Source of the DNA: Polyangiales bacterium
GTDB taxonomy: Bacteria > Myxococcota_A > Polyangia > Polyangiales > JADJQN01
Direction of reading: 5' to 3'
NCBI GenBank assembly: GCA_964202905.1
Contig: CAXNJO010000001.1
Location: 480,001-544,000 of the forward strand
Length of the DNA stretch: 64,000 nt
The notes beneath the pieces were generated by a model that saw nothing but the letters and a program-made list of their open reading frames with translations, did no database searches and was not told the DNA's origin. A program made the position numbers and the translations under genes. Below, one piece after another: positions 1-9,431 of the stretch (its first letter is position 1; every line of letters starts with the position of its first letter).

Positions 1-606
1 CTCGTGCACGCCCTTGGCCGGCACGAGCATCGTGAAGTTGAAGAGCGCCCCCTCGACCTTGCGCTCCGCCTTGCTGAGCCGGTGCCCGTCCGTCGTCACC
101 ATGCGCAGGATCTTGCCGTCGCCCTCGAAGAGCGAGCCGGCGAGGTGTGGGCGCGTGTCGTCGGTCGACATGGAGTAGCGCGTCCGCGAGATCAGCTCCG
201 AGAGCGTCTCCGCGTCGACATCGACGAACTTCGTCTCACCCGGGCTCGGCAGCGCGGGGAAGTCTTCGCCGGGCATCCCGGGCACCTTGAAGCGCACCTT
301 GCCGCAGCGGATCTCGGCGGCGTGGTTCGGGCCGACGGTGAAGGTCACCTCGCCCTCGGGCAGGCTCTTCACGATGTCGAAGAGCGTGCGCGCCGAGACG
401 GCGACCGTGCCGCCGCGGCTCACCTTCGCCTCGGCCGTCGCGCTGATGGCGAGGTAGAGGTCCGTCGCCGCGAAACGCAGCAAACCCGGGCCATCCGTCG
501 AGATGAGGATGTTCGACAGGATCGGCATCGAGCTCTTCCGGTCGGCGACGGCGTGCGTGATCGCGAGGCCGCGCAGGAAGGCCTTCTTCTGGATCGTGAG
601 CTCCAT
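1..606 (-). CDS. dnaN: DNA polymerase III beta sliding clamp (3' end runs off window)
   Basis: Not in the ORF track. Manual translation from ATG 606 (SD GAGGAG upstream) gives MELTIQKKAFLRGLAITHAVADRKSSMPILSNILI...ATDLY...EDFP...STDDTRPHLAG...VTTDGHRL, typical DnaN motifs; lies downstream of dnaA. Confidence 0.96.
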   Translation of the reverse strand, partial: MELTIQKKAFLRGLAITHAVADRKSSMPILSNILISTDGPGLLRFAATDLYLAISATAEAKVSRGGTVAVSARTLFDIVKSLPEGEVTFTVGPNHAAEIRCGKVRFKVPGMPGEDFPALPSPGETKFVDVDAETLSELISRTRYSMSTDDTRPHLAGSLFEGDGKILRMVTTDGHRLSKAERKVEGALFNFTMLVPAKGVHE

Positions 607-699
607 CGTCGCTTGCTCCTCTGACTCGCCCGACGTGCACGCGCTGGGTCGGGGATTAGATGCCATTCGTCGGTGGGTGCGCTCGGTGGGTGATGCGCA

Positions 700-925
700 A
701 TTCATCCACGGGGGCTCTCTGGATCGATCGATCCAAGAGATCTTTCTCTCTCGTCTTCGTCTTAACGCCTGTGGATTGTGGACAGATCCAGCCAGGTATC
801 CGGAATCGTTGCAGAAGGAGCGCTGTCGGGCTGGGGAGGCGTCGATGGATCGATTGGGGAGGGATATTCCACAGCGTCATCCACCGCCAGATCGGTGCCT
901 TCATCCCCTCTTTGCCCACAGGCAA
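700..925. promoter_or_regulatory. Putative oriC: DnaA-box cluster with unwinding-element-like tract
   Basis: dnaA-dnaN spacer with lower GC. DnaA-box-like 9-mers at 702-710 TCATCCACG, 770-778 and 777-785 (rc CAATCCACA, CTGTCCACA), 865-873 TATTCCACA, 877-885 TCATCCACC, 912-920 TTGCCCACA; GATC-rich and pyrimidine tract at 721-765. Confidence 0.75.
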
Positions 926-1112
926 CCCGGGGCGGTGTGATGCGCCGCGGGACGCCGCGTCGCGCTCGAACCGGACCGCCCCGCCTTATAGGAAACGCCG
1001 CCGATCCACGCAAGTGTTCAGGTCCCCGTGCGCACGGGCGCCCCCGACGCAGCGCGCCCTGTCGTCGCAGTGCGACTCCCCAGCGGGCGCAGGCACACGC
1101 TCGCGGCGACAA

Positions 1113-1238
1113 CGCGGGCGCAACGACCATGCGGCCGGCGACGATGCGCCCCGCGGGCGCAACGACCATGCGGCCGGCGACGATGCGCCCCGCGGGCGCA
1201 ACGACCATGCGGCCGGCGACGATGCGCCCCGCGGGCGC
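1113..1238. repeat. Perfect 39-bp tandem repeat, about 3.2 copies
   Basis: CGCGGGCGCAACGACCATGCGGCCGGCGACGATGCGCCC at 1113, 1152 and 1191, plus a 9-bp partial copy. Confidence 0.95.
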
Positions 1239-1272
1239 CGCACCGCCGCCCCCGTGGGTCGCGATGGCGCCG

Positions 1273-2778
1273 TCAGAGGCCGAGCTTGCGCTCGATGGCC
1301 TCGAGCTCGCCGCGCAGCTTCGGGTCCTCGTTCTTGAGGAGCCCGCCGATCTTGTTGACCGCGCTGAGCACCGTCGTGTGGTCTTTGCCGCCGAAGAGCT
1401 CGCCGAGCTGCGGATAGCTCGTGCCGAGCCGCTGTCGGCAGAGGTACATCGCGACCATGCGCGGGTAGGAGACGGCGCGGTGGCGGCGATGCGACTTCAG
1501 GTCCGCGAGCCGGATGTTGAAGTAGCGGCAGGTCGCCGTCTGGATGTCCTCGACGCTCACGGCGTGCTCGGGCGCGGGCAGCACGGCCTTCAGCGTCTCG
1601 CGGGCGAAGTCGAGGTCGATGCCGCGCTTCACGAGCTCGGCGCGCACCGCGAGGCGCAGCAGCGTGCCCTCGAGCTCGCGGACGTTCGACTTCACGACCT
1701 GGGCGAGGAAGAGCGCGACGTCGTCGGCGAGCGTGATGCCTTCTTCGTCGGCCTTGCGCTTGAGGATGGCGATGCGCGTGTCGAGCTCCGGCGCCTGGAT
1801 GTCGGCGACGAGGCCCCACTGGAAGCGCGAGATGAGGCGCTCCTGCATCTCGGAGATCTGCTGCGGGTAGACGTCGCTCGTCACGACGATCTGCCGATCG
1901 GCGTGGTAGAGCGCGTTGAACGTGTGGAAGAACTCTTCCTGCGTCTGCTCGCGCCCCGCGAGGAACTGGATGTCGTCCATCAGGAGGACGTCGCAGTTGT
2001 TCCGGTAGCGATCGCGGAACTCGTCGATGCGGTGGTTCTGCAGCGCCCAGATGAACTCGTTCGTGAAGCGCTCGGCCGAGAGGTAGAGCACCCGCGCGTG
2101 CGGGTTGTCCTCGAGGACCCGGTGCCCGACGGCGTTCACGAGGTGCGTCTTGCCGAGCCCGACGCCGCCGTAGATGAAGAGCGGGTTGTAGCGCTTGCCC
2201 CGCGTCGAGGAGCCGGCCACCGCGGCGGCGTGCGCGAGCTGGTTCGAGGGGCCGACGACGTAGTTCTCGAAGCTGTAGCGGGGGTTGAGGCCGTTCGCGG
2301 GGCCGGGTGGCGCGCCCGCACCGAGGGGCGTCGCGGGCCGGACGTGCGCGCCCGCGTGCGTGGCCCCCGCCGGCGTGGCGGTGGGCGCGGCGAGGTGTCC
2401 CGCGCTGCTGCGGCCCGCGACGTAGCCCGGCGCGGCGTAGCCCGGCGAGGTGGGGATCTCCGCGGCCGTCAGCGGCGGCACGGACTTGCGCACGGGCTGG
2501 GCGCGCTCCTGCAGCGCCTCGACGACCTCCCAGTGCACCTTCAGCGCGCGGGGCTCGCCGTGGCCGCGCGCGCTCACGAACGCCTCGCGCATCACGTCGA
2601 GGTAGTGCGCGCCGAGCCACTCCCCGAAAAACCGGTTGGGGATCTGGAGCGTGAGCGTCTCACCGTCGATCCCGCCGAAGCGGAGCGGCGAGAGCCAGGT
2701 CTCGACATTCTCCGCCGACAGGCGTCGGCGAAGCTCCTCGAGCGTCCGGTCCCAGAGGTCGTTGTCCCGATCCATCAT
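1273..2778 (-). CDS. dnaA: Chromosomal replication initiator DnaA
   Basis: YNPLFIYGGVGLGKTHL Walker A, LLMDDIQFL Walker B, TQEEFFHTFN, SNVRELEG, GGKDHTTVL; start set at MMDRDNDLW (2778 or 2775). Confidence 0.98.
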   Translation of the reverse strand: MMDRDNDLWDRTLEELRRRLSAENVETWLSPLRFGGIDGETLTLQIPNRFFGEWLGAHYLDVMREAFVSARGHGEPRALKVHWEVVEALQERAQPVRKSVPPLTAAEIPTSPGYAAPGYVAGRSSAGHLAAPTATPAGATHAGAHVRPATPLGAGAPPGPANGLNPRYSFENYVVGPSNQLAHAAAVAGSSTRGKRYNPLFIYGGVGLGKTHLVNAVGHRVLEDNPHARVLYLSAERFTNEFIWALQNHRIDEFRDRYRNNCDVLLMDDIQFLAGREQTQEEFFHTFNALYHADRQIVVTSDVYPQQISEMQERLISRFQWGLVADIQAPELDTRIAILKRKADEEGITLADDVALFLAQVVKSNVRELEGTLLRLAVRAELVKRGIDLDFARETLKAVLPAPEHAVSVEDIQTATCRYFNIRLADLKSHRRHRAVSYPRMVAMYLCRQRLGTSYPQLGELFGGKDHTTVLSAVNKIGGLLKNEDPKLRGELEAIERKLGL

Positions 2779-2839
2779 CGACGAGAAACCCCTTCGTGGA
2801 GCGGGCTGAATCACAAGTAAAAACGCGCAGTTGTACGAA

Positions 2840-2859
2840 TGATCCACAACCTGTCCACA
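2840..2859. promoter_or_regulatory. Tandem DnaA boxes upstream of dnaA (autoregulation or second origin half)
   Basis: TGATCCACA 2840-2848 and CTGTCCACA 2851-2859, about 60-80 bp upstream of the dnaA start. Confidence 0.7.
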
Positions 2860-3458
2860 GGCTGGATCCGTACTATGGGCGGGCGCTCGGTCCGGGGATC
2901 GGTCGCGGGCGCTGGGGTGTTGGAGACTGCGCGGACGGTCTCGGAGATGCCGAGGCCGCGAGACGACGGACACAGCCGAAACCGGCGGCCACGGACGATG
3001 CCGGGGCGGCGCGATGACGGATGATGCCGAGGCCCAGAGGCGACGACGGGTTCACGCGGCCGGTGGGGTCACCGGGGCGTTGCTCCCCCGAAACGGAAGG
3101 CGACGCTAGCAGAGCACCCCGGAGGCGTCTACGGCGATCCGCAGGGCCTCCCGTAAGTGCGCGACGAGACGACGGAAAAATCGTGTCGGGATCACGCACG
3201 ACACGGCCCGGCGCCGAGGTCGCGCGGGGCCCGATCGCCCAAGTGCTTGAGATCCCACGGTTTTGTCGAAGGTGCGGCGCTGGCTGCGCGCGCGCCGGGC
3301 CGGGAGCAGGCGTGATCCCTCGTGATCCCGCGGACATCCGCGTCACGCGATGGACCCGGCTGGCGGCTGGTGACTATTTGGCGGCCTCGGGGAAGGCTGT
3401 TAGCGTCGGACGCGTTCCCCGAGTGAAGGCTCGCCACGCGCGGGCGGAGAGACGAACC

Positions 3459-4370
3459 ATGCCCCGCGCGACCACGAAGAACTCGAAGGCTCCCGCGCTC
3501 GCCGCACTGCTCGGCGCGCTGCTCTCGCTCGCCGGGGCGCCGCGTCCGGCGGCCGCGCAGGACGCCGCCGACACGACCGAGTCGGCGCGGGGGCTCGCGA
3601 TGGGCGTCGGCGTCCGGGCCTCGGCCGCCGGGACCTCCGCCCTCGCCTACAACCCCGCCAACCTCGCGCTCGCGCGCCTCTACCACATCGAGAGCGGCGT
3701 CACGTACGACCCGGGCGCGGGGCGCTTCGGGCTCAACGCCGGCATCGTCGACTCCACCACGGACCTCCTCTCGGCGGGCATGTCCTTCCGCGCGCTCCTC
3801 GGCGACGGGGACGGCGGCTACGGCGGCTACGACGGCCGGCTCTCGCTCGGGATGGCGCTCGGCGAGGCCGTGTCGATCGGCCTGAGCGGGCGCTACCTCA
3901 GCTACACGCGCACGGGCCAGCTCCCCGCGGGCGTCACGAGCGACCGCGTCGCGCGCGGCTTCACGCTCGACGCGGCGCTGCGCGTCTCACCGGCGTCGGG
4001 CTTCCACCTCGCGGTGCTCGGCCTGAACCTCGTCGACCTCGAGACAGGGCTCGCGCCCGTGCAGGTCGGCGGCAGCGCGTCCTACACGATGGGTGGTGTC
4101 CTCACGATCGGCGCGGACACGCTCGTGAACCTCTCGCGCGGCGTCGACGGTGCGCCGCTGCTCGTTGGTGGCGGCGTCGAGTGGCTCACGGGCGGCCGCG
4201 TGCCGTTGCGCGCGGGCTATGTGTGGGACGAGCTCCGTGACACGCACGTCTTCACCGCGGGCCTCGGCTACGTCGACCAGAAGGTGGGCATCGATCTCGC
4301 GCTCCGGCAGGACGTCGCCGGGCAGAACGACACGCTGATGATGGCGTCGTTCCGCTACTTCGTGCGCTGA
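3459..4370 (+). CDS. Outer-membrane beta-barrel protein (FadL/PorV-like)
   Basis: Signal peptide ending AAA-Q; SARGLAMG...SALAYNPANLA motif; alternating beta-strand pattern; aromatic-rich C-terminus FRYFVR. Confidence 0.7.
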   Translation: MPRATTKNSKAPALAALLGALLSLAGAPRPAAAQDAADTTESARGLAMGVGVRASAAGTSALAYNPANLALARLYHIESGVTYDPGAGRFGLNAGIVDSTTDLLSAGMSFRALLGDGDGGYGGYDGRLSLGMALGEAVSIGLSGRYLSYTRTGQLPAGVTSDRVARGFTLDAALRVSPASGFHLAVLGLNLVDLETGLAPVQVGGSASYTMGGVLTIGADTLVNLSRGVDGAPLLVGGGVEWLTGGRVPLRAGYVWDELRDTHVFTAGLGYVDQKVGIDLALRQDVAGQNDTLMMASFRYFVR

Positions 4371-4421
4371 CGCGCCGCGCGCTTTTCGTGGAGCGCGGCG
4401 TGATAGGGTGCTCGCCGAGCC

Positions 4422-4448
4422 GGAACCAGGGGCCGCGTGCGTTGTCAC
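4422..4448 (+). promoter_or_regulatory. Putative ECF-sigma promoter (GGAAC-N17-GTCA)
   Basis: GGAACC at 4422 and GTCAC at 4444, about 90 bp upstream of the ECF sigma start; resembles the RpoE-type consensus. Confidence 0.55.
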
Positions 4449-4538
4449 GTGGTCATGCGCGCCGCGGCCGGTGTCGAGCGATCGGTCGATGGGCGATCGG
4501 TCGGCGGGTCCGGCGGGTCCGAAGGCTTCCACGTCCCG

Positions 4539-5144
4539 ATGCCCGAAGGGTTCGAAGAGAAGCTGATCGAGCGACTGCAGCGCCGCGACGAAGCGGCGTT
4601 CAACGAGCTCGTGCGCCTGTACGAAGCGAAAGTCTTCCACCTCGTGCTGCGCATGATCGGGGACCGCGGCGAGGCCGAGGACGTCGCGCAGGAGGTCTTC
4701 ATCACGGTCTTCAAGTCGATCGACGGCTTCCGCGGCGACTCGAAGCTCTCGACCTGGCTCTACCGCGTCGCGACGAACCACTGCAAGAACCGCCTGAAAT
4801 ACCTCGGCCGCCGCGCGCGCGGGCAGAAGCAGGTCTTCGACGAGCTCTCCGAGCGCGACGCGGTCGAGAGCGCGACCATGCAGACGAGCGCGACGGTGCC
4901 GCGCCCCGACGAGGCCGTCGAGGGACGACAGACCGAGCGCATCGTGCAGCGCGCGCTCGCCATGCTCGACGAGGAGCACCGCACGCTCATCGTGCTGCGG
5001 GACCTCGAGGGCCTCAGCTACGAGGACATCCAGGGGATCACGGGCCTCGCCGAGGGCACCGTGAAGAGCCGCCTGCACCGCGCGCGGGTCGCGTTGAAGG
5101 CGGCGGTGGACACGCTCGGCAGCGTGACGAGGGAGCCGCGATGA
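4539..5144 (+). CDS. ECF RNA polymerase sigma-70 factor
   Basis: AEDVAQEVF, FRGDSKLSTWLYRVATN, LSYEDI...GTVKSRLHRAR. Confidence 0.95.
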   Translation: MPEGFEEKLIERLQRRDEAAFNELVRLYEAKVFHLVLRMIGDRGEAEDVAQEVFITVFKSIDGFRGDSKLSTWLYRVATNHCKNRLKYLGRRARGQKQVFDELSERDAVESATMQTSATVPRPDEAVEGRQTERIVQRALAMLDEEHRTLIVLRDLEGLSYEDIQGITGLAEGTVKSRLHRARVALKAAVDTLGSVTREPR

Positions 5145-5581
5145 CGCGCGACGAGGCAAGGGATCTGTTCAGCGCGGCCTGGGACGACGAGCTCGGCGAG
5201 TCGCGCGCACCCTTCGACGCGCTGCTCGCGGCCGACCCGGCGCTGCGCGTGGAGTACGAGGCCTTCACGCAGCTGCTGCGCGCGACGCAGGCGCTCACGC
5301 GCGACGGCGGTCCGCTCGAGGCGGGCGGCGCGCCGACACCGGACCTGCTCTCGGGGGTGCAGCGCAAGCTGCGCGCGCGCTCCGGCGGGCGCTTCTACCG
5401 CGACCGCTTCAGCGAGCGGAGCACGCGCGGCGTGTCGCTGCCCGTGCTCACCGTCGCCGCGATGCTGGTGCTGCTCGCGGCCGCCTTCCTCGCGCTGCAA
5501 TGGACGACCGTGGTCGACACGCCGCGCTCGCCCGCCTCGCCCCGCTCGCCCGTGTCCTCCGGGGCGCCTGCGCCCCGCTGA
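5141..5581 (+). CDS. Transmembrane anti-sigma factor
   Basis: ATGA overlap with the sigma stop; degenerate anti-sigma-domain N-terminus (ARDLFSAAWDDELG...PDLLSGVQRKL) and one TM helix. Confidence 0.8.
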   Translation: MTRDEARDLFSAAWDDELGESRAPFDALLAADPALRVEYEAFTQLLRATQALTRDGGPLEAGGAPTPDLLSGVQRKLRARSGGRFYRDRFSERSTRGVSLPVLTVAAMLVLLAAAFLALQWTTVVDTPRSPASPRSPVSSGAPAPR

Positions 5582-5657
5582 CTGCGCCGAACCTGCGCCC
5601 CGCTGACCGCGTCGAACCTGTGCCGGGACGCCCGCGCGCTGCGCGACGTCGCCGCCG

Positions 5658-6923
<1,266 letters not shown>

Positions 6924-7013
6924 CCGCGCGAAGCTATCACGCGCCCCGCGCGCGGCGGCGTGAGCGAGGTCATGCGGCGCCGTGACGCGGCCGCGCGGGC
7001 GAACGCCCGGCGG

Positions 7014-7871
7014 TCAGCCCACCTCGGCGAAGCCCCCGCCGAACACGGGCTCGCCGGGCTCCTGCGCGCGCACGGCGCGCACGAGCACGCGCGCGGCGTC
7101 CGTCTCCGTGGCCGGGACGCGGAAGCCCTCGACGATCAGCGTGTCGCCGGGCCACACGGGCTTCTTGAAGCCGCCCGAGAGGAACTTCAGCCGGGACGGA
7201 TCGCCGCCGCACTCCTCGGCGATGACCGCGCGGCCGACGATGCCGTACGTGCACAGCCCGTGCAGGATCGGGCCCCCGAAGCCCGCCTGCGCGCCGATGG
7301 CCGGATCGATGTGCAGCGGGTTGAGGTCGCCGCTCAGGCGGTAGAGCGCGGCCTGCTCGGGGGTGGTCGTCGCCTCGAAGCGCCAGTCGGGGTCGCGCTG
7401 CGGCGCGCGCTGCTCGTCGCGCTTCGGCGGGGGCGGGCCACCGAAGCCGCCGTCGAGGCGGTAGAGGATGCGCCACTCGGTCTCGCAAATCAGCGCGCCG
7501 TGCTCGTCGTGCGTGGTCGTCGCGAGGTCCGCGATGGCCATGCGCTTGAGGTCGTAGATCGCCGCGACGCGGCCGACCGTGTGCAGCGTCCCGCGCGGCG
7601 CGAAGGGCGCGTGGAGGCGCGTCTTCTGGTTGCCGTGCACGACGCCGAGCAGGTCGCCGCCGACCACCTCGAACAGCGCCGCGCAGGCGTCGTAGGCGGG
7701 CACGACGGCGTACGTCGGCAGCACGCGCGGGCCGCGCCCCTCGAAGAGCAGATCGAGCTCCGCGGGCAGGCGCGCGCCGACGCCGAGCGCGTAGAGCGCG
7801 GTGTCCTTCCAGTCGTAGCTGCGGGAGATGTCGCGGGTCGTCTTGCCGACGGAATCGAGCCGGAGTGCCAT
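7014..7871 (-). CDS. MaoC-type enoyl-CoA hydratase 2 (double hot-dog)
   Basis: [32 protein letters not shown]. Confidence 0.92.
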   Translation of the reverse strand: MALRLDSVGKTTRDISRSYDWKDTALYALGVGARLPAELDLLFEGRGPRVLPTYAVVPAYDACAALFEVVGGDLLGVVHGNQKTRLHAPFAPRGTLHTVGRVAAIYDLKRMAIADLATTTHDEHGALICETEWRILYRLDGGFGGPPPPKRDEQRAPQRDPDWRFEATTTPEQAALYRLSGDLNPLHIDPAIGAQAGFGGPILHGLCTYGIVGRAVIAEECGGDPSRLKFLSGGFKKPVWPGDTLIVEGFRVPATETDAARVLVRAVRAQEPGEPVFGGGFAEVG

Positions 7872-7950
7872 GGGCCGCGACGGTAGCAGGCGCGTGCGGC
7901 CCGTGGGCGCCGCGGTTGACCCGTACGCCGGCCGCGGCCACGTTCACCCC

Positions 7951-8673
7951 GTGCGTCGCGCGGCCCTCGGCTCGTCCCTGCTCGCGTGTGCGGCGCTTCT
8001 CGCGGGCTGCCCCCAGTCGAAGCCGCCCGCCCCGCCGTCACTCGATCTCGGCCCGCGCATCGACGGCTTCGTGCCGCCTGGCATCGACACCGACGCCGAT
8101 GGCGTCTGCGACGACACGGAGTACCGCTTCGGCCTCGACCCGGCGCGCCCGGACACCGACGCGGACGGCTTCCCCGACTGGTTCGAGGTGGCCGCGGGCT
8201 TCAGTGGCAACGCGCCCGCCTCGCCGCCCCGGGACGAGCTGCTGGTGCTCGCCGAGACCGCGGAGGGCACGGCCACCGCCACGATCGTGGTGACCGTGCG
8301 CGGTGAGGGGGAGACGTATTCGGGCAGCGTCGACCCGCAGATCATCCGCGACCCGTTCGGCCTCGACGCGGGCGCCTTCTTCGACGAGGCGCGCGCGACG
8401 GGCGCCGAGCCCCCCGGCAACGTCGTGCGGATCGACGAGGTCGCGCGCACCTGGGAGAACGTCCGCGGCCGGACGCTGCTCTTCTCCGAGCTGCGTTTCC
8501 GCTTCGGGACGCAGACGGCGCTCGGCTGCGTGCGCGGCTACCCGTTCCGCTACTACACGAAGTCGGATGCTGGGCGCATCGTCGCGTCCGCGCGCCGCGT
8601 CGTGCTGGTGCTCCCGCCCGGCACGACGCCCGCGACCGGCCCCTGGTGCGCGCCAGCCGGCCCCTGCTGGTAG
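7951..8673 (+). CDS. Lipoprotein with thrombospondin type-3-like Ca-binding repeats
   Basis: Lipobox LLAGC; two DTDADG repeats; start (GTG 7951) inferred. Confidence 0.7.
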   Translation: MRRAALGSSLLACAALLAGCPQSKPPAPPSLDLGPRIDGFVPPGIDTDADGVCDDTEYRFGLDPARPDTDADGFPDWFEVAAGFSGNAPASPPRDELLVLAETAEGTATATIVVTVRGEGETYSGSVDPQIIRDPFGLDAGAFFDEARATGAEPPGNVVRIDEVARTWENVRGRTLLFSELRFRFGTQTALGCVRGYPFRYYTKSDAGRIVASARRVVLVLPPGTTPATGPWCAPAGPCW

Positions 8674-8706
8674 CTCCCGACCGCGCGCCGGACGCCGACG
8701 TCGCCA

Positions 8707-8879
8707 GCCGGCACCGCAAGCCGATACCGCAAGCCCACACAGCAAGTACGTTGCGATGTGCCCCGCGCCGGACGCCGGCACCGCAAGCCGATACCGCAAG
8801 CCCACACAGCAAGTACGTTGCGATGTGCCCCGCGCCGGAGGCCGACATCGCAAGCCGGCATCGCAAGGAGGTTGCGGTG
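8707..8879. repeat. 67-bp tandem repeat (2 copies plus a degenerate third) built from 13-bp subunits
   Basis: Units at 8707-8773 and 8774-8840; subunits GCCGGCACCGCAA / GCCGATACCGCAA / GCCCACACAGCAA followed by inverted TTGCGATGT; lies between convergent genes. Confidence 0.9.
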
Positions 8880-8992
8880 AGGGGCCTCGGAAGGGTGCGC
8901 GGCACCCACACGAAAGCCCGGCGCCGCGCTGGGCGGGCCGGGCTCGGTGACGCTGAGGTGCGATCACCCGGCGGACCGGGTGGGCGCGGCGC

Positions 8993-9283
8993 TCAGAACT
9001 GCGGGCCGCGCGGGTTGAGGTTCGCGCCGGTGTTGTTCATCGGCGGTCCCCCATCGACCTGCTTCGCGCGCTTGCGGCGGCGGCGGGCGGCCTCCGACTC
9101 CTTCTTGCGGCGCTTGATCGACGGCTTCATGTAGTGCCGGCGGCGCTTCAGCTCACGCAGGATGCCCTCGGCGGCCATCTTGCGCTTCAGGTGCTTGATC
9201 GCGCGCTCGATCCCCTTGTCGCCAACGACGACTTCGAGGGGCTTGCACTGTACGGACTCTCCAGCGGGGGACGTCGACGACAT
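8993..9283 (-). CDS. rpsU: 30S ribosomal protein S21
   Basis: IERAIKHLKRKMAAEGILRELKRRRHYMKPSIKRRKKESEAARRR; SD GAGGAG upstream. Confidence 0.93.
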   Translation of the reverse strand: MSSTSPAGESVQCKPLEVVVGDKGIERAIKHLKRKMAAEGILRELKRRRHYMKPSIKRRKKESEAARRRRKRAKQVDGGPPMNNTGANLNPRGPQF

Positions 9284-9431
9284 CGGGCTCGTGCTCTCCT
9301 CTGCTGCCCGTTCGGGGCAGCGCTGCCTAATCAAGCAGGGCGCCGAATATGCACGGCCCCCCCCGCACGCGCAAGTCGCAGGGGGGATCATGCGTGAGCC
9401 GGGCGCGCTGCGGCGGGTGCAGGCGCCTCGC

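Noticed and set aside
778..2820. Long antisense and alternate-frame ORFs throughout the window
   Set aside because: Arg/Ala/Pro-rich translations expected from stop-codon scarcity at very high GC; they overlap well-supported genes
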